Source of the DNA: Octopus bimaculoides
Taxonomy: Eukaryota
Reading direction: 5' to 3'
Assembly (NCBI RefSeq): GCF_001194135.2
Contig: NC_068990.1
Coordinates: forward strand, 39,958,305 to 40,021,235
DNA: 62,931 nucleotides
Each line of letters opens with the position of its first letter. Position 1 is the stretch's first letter. The notes under the pieces were generated by a model. The model did not search any database. It was not told the DNA's origin and worked only from the letters and a program-made list of their open reading frames with translations. A program made the translations under genes and the position numbers. This document shows, in pieces, positions 53,291-62,931 of the stretch.

Positions 53291-55102
53291 CTTGGGTTAA
53301 CAAAAAAAAAAAATATGTATGTATAAGTGGGTGTATGTTTTTTAGTGTATGTTAACAGCTGCCAATGTTTTATGATGCCAATTCAGTTGGTTAATTAATC
53401 AATCTCCATGGTTTTCTTTTATTATTGCATTTCAATGAACCACACTTAGCAGTTGATAGTTTTCTTGGGGAAATCTCCCACACGGTTTTTGTTTGCTGTT
53501 GTGGCTTCAGCGTAGCCCCACTCTTGTATGTTTTGTGTTTTATCAAATGTTTCTAAAGTAAAAGATTTGGTCTCCCTGACCCTTTCAGAATTATAAGGAT
53601 ACTTGTAAGTTGGAAACTGCTGGTATATATATATATATATATATATATATNNNNNNNNNNNNNNNNNNNNNNNNNNNNNNNNNNNNNNNNNNNNNNNNNN
53701 NNNNNNNNNNNNNNNNNNNNNNNNNNNNNNNNNNNNNNNNNNNNNNNNNNNNNNNNNNNNNNNNNNNNNNNNNNNNNNNNNNNNNNNNNNNNNNNNNNNN
53801 NNNNNNNNNNNNNNNNNNNNNNNNNNNNNNNNNNNNNNNNNNNNNNNNNNNNNNNNNNNNNNNNNNNNNNNNNNNNNNNNNNNNNNNNNNNNNNNNNNNN
53901 NNNNNNNNNNNNNNNNNNNNNNNNNNNNNNNNNNNNNNNNNNNNNNNNNNNNNNNNNNNNNNNNNNNNNNNNNNNNNNNNNNNNNNNNNNNNNNNNNNNN
54001 NNNNNNNNNNNNNNNNNNNNNNNNNNNNNNNNNNNNNNNNNNNNNNNNNNNNNNNNNNNNNNNNNNNNNNNNNNNNNNNNNNNNNNNNNNNNNNNNNNNN
54101 NNNNNNNNNNNNNNNNNNNNNNNNNNNNNNNNNNNNNNNNNNNNNNNNNNNNNNNNNNNNNNNNNNNNNNNNNNNNNNNNNNNNNNNNNNNNNNNNNNNN
54201 NNNNNNNNNNNNNNNNNNNNNNNNNNNNNNNNNNNNNNNNNNNNNNNNNNNNNNNNNNAAATATGTATGTATATACATCCATTATATACGCATACACACA
54301 TATTCAACTAAAACATGATCACTTAAGGAAACAGCCAATTAGTAGTGACTTTATAGTAATTTGATATATGTACTAAATATATTTCCATATTTAATGTCAT
54401 GTCTAATTAACAAGACTCCTACCCACTTCCACTTCCATTCACTCCTACACCCAACACCACACCACCTCAGTAGTCGTACTAACCTACACCATCATACACT
54501 GTTGACTGCACGTACAAAGCATTTGCTGTGGAGACTGTACTTTGTACAGGATCAAATTCATTTTGAGTTGGCTGAGAAACTAGGAGTGGCAAGAAGACTT
54601 ACAGTAATACATGTATAGTATATATGGCAGCCTCTTTGATATGGCATCATGCTGAGTTTACAGAGTTCCGGCAAACAAGGAGGTCCCCCACCATATTCAT
54701 TTCTTTTTTTTTATTTTTTTTTTTTTGAGGTGCCTGCTTAAAATAATTTTTGGTTTATTTTTTTTGAAGCTCACTCCTAAATTTTACCCTCAAATTATAG
54801 TTAAAAATATTCACACATAGATATTCACATAGATATATGTGAGTGCATGCACATGTGTGCACGTGCGTGTGTCTGTGTGTGTGTGTGTGTGGGGAAGGGC
54901 ATGCAAGCACATGCTTATGTGTGAACCAACAGGAGAACTGTTATGTGGTGGCTTGATTTTGCAAGAAATATCAACCAAATCTCCCTCATATTACATATTA
55001 ACCATCTGAAATAAAGAAGAATATATTGGTTATTATGATCCCTGGTTTACAAAAAAATATAAAAAAAGCAATGAGTCTATATATATATAAGATATATATG
55101 AG

Positions 55103-55253
55103 GTATAGCTCAGTCGGTAGAGCATCAGGCTTTTAATCTGAGGGTCGCCGGTTTGAGTCCCTCTGCGGGCGTACAATTATTTTCAAGGTGGTGCCCCAAC
55201 ATAGCCACAGTTTAATGACTGAAACAAGTAAAAGAATAAAAGAATATATATAA
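55103..55253 (+). pseudogene. tRNA-Lys(UUU)-derived retroposon: tRNA positions 5-73 plus a SINE-A-type 3' tail, with a 14-bp TSD
   Basis: 55103-55171 reads gtatagctcagtcggtagagcatcaggcttttaatctgagggtcgccggtttgagtccctctgcgggcg, closely matching eukaryotic tRNA-Lys(UUU) but lacking acceptor bases 1-4. 55187-55245 matches the family A tail. aagatatatatgag occurs at 55089-55102 and at 55254-55267. Confidence 0.85.
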
Positions 55254-55949
55254 AAGATATATATGAGATATATAAGATATATATATATATATACATATAC
55301 CATCCTTTGAGTTCCCCTCTATGGGAACCAAAGCTTCAGATATAGAACTTAGCAACAATCGTAGGCCAACAATATCAAGTTTACTAAGGAGAAAGGATGC
55401 AGCTAGTGACAATGCTGATTCACAAAAGACCTTTATGTCCCAAAGAGAAGCTTCTGACAAGTTAAGTATGGTTGCTTTCAAATTAGGATAGTTCTAGTAT
55501 TGGATGGTAGCTACACTGGTCTCTGTAGCTAAGGGAAAAGAGAGAGACTCTCTTGCCAATGGTGGTTACAGAATAGCAAGTGTAAGCCAGTATTCCTAAT
55601 TTTGATCTGTGTACTGTGACACCACCAGCTGGGCTGGCAATAAAGTGACACTCAGCAAACTGAGTGCTCAGCAGCCACTACAGCTGATCCACCATCCATT
55701 ATCACAGCTACATCGATTCTATAGAACTGGACAAGGAACAATCAAGTTATACAGCTTTGGAGACCACAGACAATTCCCTCAATCATGCAGATAATGTCCA
55801 CTTAATCCAGTTTCTCAAACACAAGTACAGAAATGACAGGAGGGGTGTAACAGGAACAGGTGCACTGAATATTGAAAGTTTTTGATAACTTCTGTGTCAC
55901 TGGTGGTGAAGGAGCAACTGTCATCATTTCAAGAGGGGTTTATTTGTTC

Positions 55950-57620
55950 AGCACTGTTCACCTTGAATAACGAAGTGCTTGCTTAGAAGGGGCTTAAAAG
56001 ATGTCGCAGAATTAAGGGAGACATAACTAGCTAATGAAGGACAAGGAACAAAAATCAAAGTTGGTTATAGATTTTTCAAAAAGAAAGCTAACTGGAGATT
56101 GAAGGCTGCATGGAGTTGGATTTTCAATTAAGAATTCCATCATGAAACAACTTAACATCATTCTTCCTGCCATCAATGAATGAATCATCTTTGTGATACT
56201 TCCATTTGCAGGAAGAAATCACATCATCATTGTCAATGTATATGCTCTGAATCTGGACTTCAATCCAGATATCAAGGAATTCTTTTTACACATCCCTGAA
56301 TCAATGTTTTTATTCAGTCCCCAAACACAACAAACTGTATGTAATGATGACTTAAATGCAAAGTCTGGAGAAATCATCATCTCTGGAAGAATATATTGGG
56401 AAAAGGTGTTGGTGATGTCTACCCAAAAGTTTTAATGTTGCTGAGTTTTTGATATGGGTACATCTTGTAATCATTAACAGCCAAGTTCTGACTTAAAAAG
56501 AAACACAAGACATCTTGGATGCACCTGAAATTGAAAAACTGGTGCCTCATTGACTATGTTATCACTAGAGCCACAAATCAATCCAGCATTCAGTCACTTG
56601 AGTCATGAGAAATACTGACAATTGCTGGATGGATCACCAAAAGATAATCTCAAAGTTCATCATCAATTTAAAACTGAAATCTCAAAGTGGAGATTTTAAC
56701 ACCAAGAAAAATCAATGTAGCACTTCCATGTGACCATAACCATCATGCTAAATTCAAGAATCCCTGAAGAATTTCAACAACACTTACCCATCTTCACAAA
56801 GATTCATCAAAAGAATACTGGGTCAACCTAAAGAAGACACTGACCAAAGTTGCAATAGAGATTCTTAGATTTACCAAAATATATTACGAAGACTGGTTTG
56901 TTGTAAATGATTTGGAAATTACAAAACTCACCAACCAGCAAAGGTAAACTTGATTGCTTTGGACAAAGAACCATTTTCAATTGCCAAAAAGGTAAGATGC
57001 AAAACTATCAAAACCAAAATTTAAACCAGGATCTACAAATTCTGAACCAATTAGTAGATTTCAAAAGCAGCAGATCTAACATTATATCAAGAAGCATGAC
57101 AGATTTTTACACAACAATCAAATTAATCTCCTTCACGTACTATAATTCCATTCAAGTCATCTGATGTATCAACAGTCTTAAAAGATAAATCTACTATCAA
57201 TAGTCAATTGGCAGAACATTTCCTAACTTTCCTCTGTTGTCCAACTTACCTCTGTCATCCGACTTTCCTCTGACATCAGTTTTGCCACCATCGACCCAAA
57301 TTTTTCAATTGCCCTTTAAGCATAAGCTTGATTGTTCCCCAACTTTCATCAAAGTTCAAACAGACTTTTGCAAATGAAGAATATCAACTCTCCAGAACAA
57401 GCCAATATTCCAGCTGAAATTTTCAAAAATCCAAACTGTTACTAATTACCTACCCAGTGGCAGCATCTCCTTCTTATCTGGAAGAGATAACAAGTTCTGT
57501 CTGACTTTAAAGATGCCCAAATTGAAAATTTTCAAGAAAGGATATTGAGTCAAGTCTGACAACAAAAGATTTTGGTTCCTTTTGATTGCTGAAAAAGTCT
57601 CAGCAATATTCATATTAAAA
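55950..57620 (+). mobile_element. RTE (BovB-like) LINE, decayed: APE endonuclease through RT start
   Basis: LPFAGRNHIIIVNVYA...DIKEFF...DDLNAKSG, KHKTSWMHLKLKNWCLIDYVITR (KTSWMHPRSKHWHLIDY motif), VMRNTDNCWMDHQKIISK, DWFVVND, NIPAEIFK and IFKKG remnants. Many stops and frameshifts. Confidence 0.88.
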
Positions 57621-57687
57621 CATTTTCTACCATTTTGAGCTCTTCATGCTCTCATCAGTATTAGATACCAAATGGATATTTATATAA

Positions 57688-58092
57688 TGTTATGTATACC
57701 TATAATATAATGAAGGGAGAGAACTTACAATATTTTCCGAAGGTGGGAAGATAAACGTTTGTCAATGGCCTTTCCGCAGAAGTGAAATAATGTTGGTATG
57801 GGACGAGATGGGTAATCTCATTTACTTTTTGTTAACGAGCGAGGCAGGTAATCTCATGGACTTCCTGTTAAAAAGGGGAGTTGAGAAGACAGCAGGAGCT
57901 TGGCGCGGATGATACCAAAACGAGAGACAGAGCTGCATACGGGTCGGACCATTCACCACCTACCTTTAAAACAATTGAGGACTGGACATAATCTCAATCT
58001 TCAAACATTAATTTCCCTGTTTGAACAATTTCTGTGGTTGCGATCAGAAGTTTACCCCTTTTTTTTGCATTAGAATTTGTCTGATCGTAACA
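57688..58092. mobile_element. Possible solo LTR, 405 bp
   Basis: Termini TGTTATG...CGTAACA (6/7 inverted match, TG...CA). Interior is richer in GC and CpG than the flanks. TSD only imperfect (ataa / aaaa). Confidence 0.4.
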
Positions 58093-58869
58093 AAAAGCAT
58101 GTATGTTTATACATGTGTATTATATATATGTCATGTTAGTGATGATAATAAATAAGGAAAAAATATCCCAGACAAAAAAAGAATAGTGTAAATAATTCTG
58201 TCAGGTGAAGTCAATCATCATAGTTGACTGAAGAAACATGACATTATTACATGTATAAAACTTAGAATTTCAACCCAAAGGTAAGAGCTAATTGAATTAG
58301 TTAATGTGTATGTGTATTCTGATGCAGATTCATATCTTGTACATATTTTATTTAAAACAAAGAAACAATTCAGAATACAACATTTATTCATAGCCTGAAC
58401 ATAACTATGTCTAGAGACACATGTTTCCTCACCCATAGCATATTTACAGATGGTCAAACTATTTAATGAGAGGTTTACTGTGGAAGGTCTGATAATGGCT
58501 TGTATGAGAAACTTATCAGTGATGTTTAACTTTCAGGGAATTGTGAGTTTGGATAAGTTTGTATGGCAGAGCAAAAGAGGAATCTAACATTTCAGAAGTG
58601 ACTCTATCAGAGAGAAAACAAAAATTTTTAAATATATTTCAAACTGAAGTGTCATCACTTGAGATATTAAAGCCATCATTCAGAAGGATGCTAACTAATT
58701 TACATTTATCTTCACTGTATAATTTTTGCCAACACAGACTATCACTAATTTCCTTCAACAGTGAATCAACTGTCATAGGTAAACTAGACAATTGCTACAA
58801 CACGGCTACTCATACTATTATATTCCACTGATGAAACTGTACAAATTGTACATAATATTATGGGTTCAA

Positions 58870-58957
58870 TACCAATGTGTGGCAACTTTTTGCTAAACTG
58901 CTAAGTTACAGGCACATAAACAAACCAGCACCAGTTGTCAAGGGTGGTGGGAGACAA

Positions 58958-59001
<44 letters not shown>

Positions 59002-59190
59002 GCACACACATATATATGCACTCACACAAACACACCCTCATACACATGCATACATATATACAATGGGCTCCTTTCAGTTTTTGTCTATCAAATTCACTCA
59101 CAAGGCTTTGGTTGACCTGAAGCAATAGTAGAAGTCATTTGCCCTAGGTGCCATGCAGTGAGACTAGACTGAACCTGGAACCATGTGGTA
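58870..59190 (-). mobile_element. SINE family A, tail-truncated
   Basis: ttttgctaaactgctaagttac...(CA)n...caatgggctcctttcag...ccatgcagtgagactagactgaacctggaaccatgtgg. Confidence 0.85.
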
Positions 59191-60065
59191 GTGGTGGTGG
59201 TGATGGCGGCAGTGGCAGTGGTGGCAGTGGTAGTGGTGCTGGTGGTGGTGACAATGAGTATAATGACAATGATGGCGATGATAATGATAATGATGATGAT
59301 ATACATATGAGACAAAATTCTAAAAGGTCTTTCTCCAAACTTATGATATGGAAAGAGCAGTAAACAAGATGAACAGGAGATACTGTAAGATTACTGAACT
59401 TCCTAATTTGCATAGCAAGTTTGTCTAATTTGCATAAAAATGCATACATTGACACGAATTGCAGGTTAAACATTTCGTTATAATTAGAAATGTAATGAAA
59501 ACATTTTTTAATATTCATACAATTTCACTTCAACGTAAAAACTAAACATCCTTGAAAAGATAAACTCTGTGCTGGAACTACTTTGATTAGAGACAGAGAT
59601 TGAAAGATTCATTTTCTAATGAAAGTCTTACGGGACTAAAATCCAATCTAATTGATCCCTTTTTCCAATGCACAGTGACCTGTCGTTCCTGGTTAGCTCT
59701 GATTTAGTAGTCCTGTGGTATGTAGGTAGTCAATTGAACAGCAAGGTAAAAGCAACAGATCTACGTACTTGGAATCTGTTATCTCCCAGAAAACCATGGT
59801 AAAAATTACACCATATCAAACCTCATCAGGTATATGACAAATATATGATTTGATTCCGAGAGGCAATTCCATTCAGCTTTTCCATCTTCAGAGCTATCAT
59901 GCTCATGTTTCACTCATTGAACTGTGGCTAAAAGGGGGCGTAATCTGGAAGGGTATAGACAAACAAATCAACCCCAATAATTATTTTTAAGCCTGATACT
60001 TATTTTATCAGTTTCCTTTACAGAACTGTTAAGTTATGGTAGTTGGAGTACAATCACAAGCAAAA

Positions 60066-60112
<47 letters not shown>

Positions 60113-60134
60113 TACACACATGTATATATCTCTT

Positions 60135-60361
60135 ATTTTTTACTTGTTTCATCAATTAGACTGTGGCCATGGTGGAGCACTGCCTCGAAGGATACTTTTA
60201 GTCGAATGAATTCACCCCAATACTTTTTTCTTTAAAGTTTGGCAGTTATTCTACCAGCCTCTTTTGCTGAACCACTAAGTTTTACAGGGGCATAAAGACA
60301 CCAACACCAGTTGTCAAGTGGTGCCAGAGACACAGACATCATATATATATATATCATCATC

Positions 60362-60398
<37 letters not shown>

Positions 60399-60945
60399 CC
60401 ACCATCACCACCATCATCATAATCATCATCGTTTAACGCTCATCTTCCATGCATGCATGATAGAACGGTTGACAAGAGCCAGGCTTCTGTGTCTGTTTTG
60501 GCAGGGTTTTTATGGCTGGATGCCCTTCCTATCACCAATCACCCTGCAGAGTGGACTGAGTGCTTTTTATGCGGCACTACTACAAGCAAGATTGGTTTCG
60601 ACATGATTTTTACAGCTGGATGCCCTTCCAAATGCCAACTACATTACAGTGTGGACTGGATGCTTTTTATGTGGCACCAGCTCCAGCAGGGTCACCAAGT
60701 AACTTGCAAGACAAGGAATTTTGAGAGGAGGGGAACTTGTGTCAGATGATGAAAGGTTAGAGTGAAACAGAAGTAGAGAGGCAGAAACAATGGGCTTCTT
60801 TCTGTTTCTGACAACCAAATCCACTCACAGGGCTTTGGTCAGCCCAAGGCTATAGTAGAAGACACTTGCTCGAGGTACCATACAGTAGGGCTGAACCTGG
60901 AGCCATGCGACTGGGAAGCAAACATCTTACCACATAGCCATGCCT
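60135..60945 (-). mobile_element. SINE family A split by a nested family D insertion
   Basis: The 3' half lies at 60135-60345 and the 5' half at about 60790-60945. The intervening 60350-60785 is (ATC)n plus cgtttaacgctcatcttccatgc...ggctggatgcccttcc. Confidence 0.75.
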
Positions 60946-60949
60946 GAGA

Positions 60950-61105
60950 GACTTTCACAAGTTCTTGTTAACCAAATTCACTGATGAAGTGTTAGTCACC
61001 CAGGGGCTTTTGTAGAAGACATTTGCCGAAGATGCTGCTCAGTGGAACCAAACTCAAAACCATGTGGTTGCAAAGTTAGCTTCTCAACCACACAGCCATA
61101 CCTAC
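60950..61105 (-). mobile_element. Additional diverged SINE family A 5' half, in tandem with the previous copy
   Basis: ccaaattcactgatgaagtgttagtcacccagggg...gtagaagacatttgcc...aaccatgtggttgcaaagttagcttctcaaccacacagcc. Confidence 0.7.
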
Positions 61106-61624
61106 TATTTATAGCTCCATTTGCATTATAACAGCTTCCAAAATACTTATTTTAAAATTTCTGAATGCTTCAAACAAACCAAATAAAAACAAAAATATTC
61201 TCTTTTTATTCTAATATTTTAATTCAACAGTTGGGAGTTCTAATGGTTATCACAATACAGGATATGCTTCACCTAAGCAATTCTGGACACATTTTTTTCT
61301 GTCATCAAAGGGTATCTTATTTGATATGAAAGGACCTATTATTTTCCCTCCATTTGACTAGCAGCAACTACTTAATTATTTATTTTCAAATTTCTCAATG
61401 CTTCAAACTCATCATACATACATGTATGCATATATACATACATACATACATACATATATACATACATACATACATACATATACACACAAACATGCACACA
61501 AACACACATATACATACATATGTATATGCCAACCCTCATGCTCACACACATATATATGTACATAGATATACATACGTATATACATATATTTAGATGTATA
61601 TGTGCATACATGCATATGCACACA

Positions 61625-61659
<35 letters not shown>

Positions 61660-62062
61660 CTTATACTTACACACCTGTCTATATATACATAAGTATATGG
61701 TAAGGTGTGGAGCAAAATGCTCCAATACAAAGAAGAGTTATGTCAGGACATGAAACCAGTTTCATCTAGTTTCAGAAACCAGTCACTTTCTCTGCCAATT
61801 CTAAACAACTTGAAAAATTAACAAAAGGAATTCTTTATCTATTTTTTATTACAAAACTATTATTCTGAATATTATTTCTTCCATCAATACTTTTGTTTTT
61901 ACCATGTTAGCCCACCCACACACTATTTCATCATTTTTTTTTATATACTGCCTGCTTTCCTTCTTCTTCATCTTCTTCTTCTTCTTCTTCTCTATTGTTC
62001 TCTCTTTTTGTTCTACCTACCTAATCTATCTCTCTATCTCTCTATCTATCTACACATGCATA

Positions 62063-62108
<46 letters not shown>

Positions 62109-62931
62109 CATATGCACACACACACATGCACACAAATGATCTGCTTACATCTCCTACCCATCTCTCTCTCTCTCTCTCTCTCTCTCCCTATTATCTACCT
62201 ATAATTTCTCTTCCTCCTCCCTCTGTTACTTGTCTCTCCTACTTTCACATAAAACTATTTAAATCAATCAATTATTTAGATATAAATATATAAAAAGACA
62301 CAGAAGAAAAAAAAATCAATAGCAAAACAAAAAAAAATAATAAATGGAAAATGAAAAAAAAAAATTGATAATATGATTCAGTCATTATTATTTTAGCATT
62401 TTATTTTCAGGATGGTGGTGGTGGTGGTGGTGGTGGTGGTAGTGTTAATGATGATGGAAACAGTAATCATAATGGTAGTGATAATAGTAGTGGTGGTGGT
62501 GGTGGTGGTGGTGGTGACAATGGCGGAGGTGTTGATGATGATAATGATGATGATGATAACAGTGACAGTGATGATGGTGATGATGGTGATGATCAAAATC
62601 ATGATCATGATCATGAAGATTATACTGATCATGATGATGTTGATGATGATGATGATGATGATGATGACGACGACGATAGTCACAGTGATACAAATAACAT
62701 CATGTTCATAGCAATCATAGTCATGCTGCTGCTGATGATGATGATGATGATGATGATGCTTATCATCCACCACCACCACCACTGCCATCCCCATCACCCA
62801 CACCAACACCGCCACCACCCACGTCACCACCCACGTCGCCATCTCCTCCCACCACCACCATTAACCCACCTCGTTCGTTCGTTACATATATATAATTTCT
62901 ATTTTTAATCAATAAATATAGAAAGTGTCCG

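Noticed and set aside
55099-55171. Functional tRNA-Lys(UUU) gene
   Set aside because: Acceptor-stem positions 1-4 cannot pair (TGAG against GGGC), T-loop C56 is mutated, and there is no oligo-T terminator immediately downstream. It is followed by a SINE tail and bounded by a TSD.
57622-57680. Hammerhead-ribozyme-like core on the minus strand (CTGATGA-GAGC-atgaaga-GCTC-AAAA)
   Set aside because: Stem II fits, but the conserved GAAA is AAAA and I could not build convincing stems I and III with a valid NUH site in either type I or type III topology. An Infernal search with hammerhead models would settle it.
62393-62908. Poly-His, poly-Met, poly-Thr and poly-Asp ORFs (also 12873-13407, 25234-25590 and 47413-47812)
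   Set aside because: Translations of (GAT/GGT/CAT)n simple repeats, open in several frames on both strands, with no splice or domain support.

Overview
AT-rich, repeat-dominated eukaryotic DNA from a gapped draft assembly (about a dozen N-runs, mostly next to (TA)n/(CA)n tracts). The SINE families, microsatellite density and LINE/mariner content point to a cephalopod, probably Octopus (inference from pattern recognition, no search run). No recognisable intact host protein-coding gene is present. Nearly all ORFs in the supplied track are artefacts of microsatellites or N-runs. Supportable content: (i) decayed non-LTR retrotransposons of three clades (R4/Dong-like x2, RTE x2, CRE-like with a restriction-like endonuclease); (ii) decayed DNA transposons (mariner x3 pieces, a Buster-type hAT, an internally deleted DD37D/maT-like element with both TIRs, TTAA-flanked piggyBac-like MITEs); (iii) many tRNA-derived SINE copies; (iv) several long fold-back palindromes, three of them clustered at 29-30.3 kb; (v) a 5'-clipped tRNA-Lys(UUU) fused to the 3' tail of the commonest local SINE and flanked by a 14-bp target-site duplication; (vi) a possible solo LTR; (vii) a YY1-motif promoter-like island at 48.3 kb and a chain of plausible minus-strand exons with no recognisable product. 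The tRNA-Lys chimeric retroposon, the CRE element, the fold-back cluster and the possible hidden minus-strand transcript merit the most follow-up. None is established as a novel system from sequence alone.
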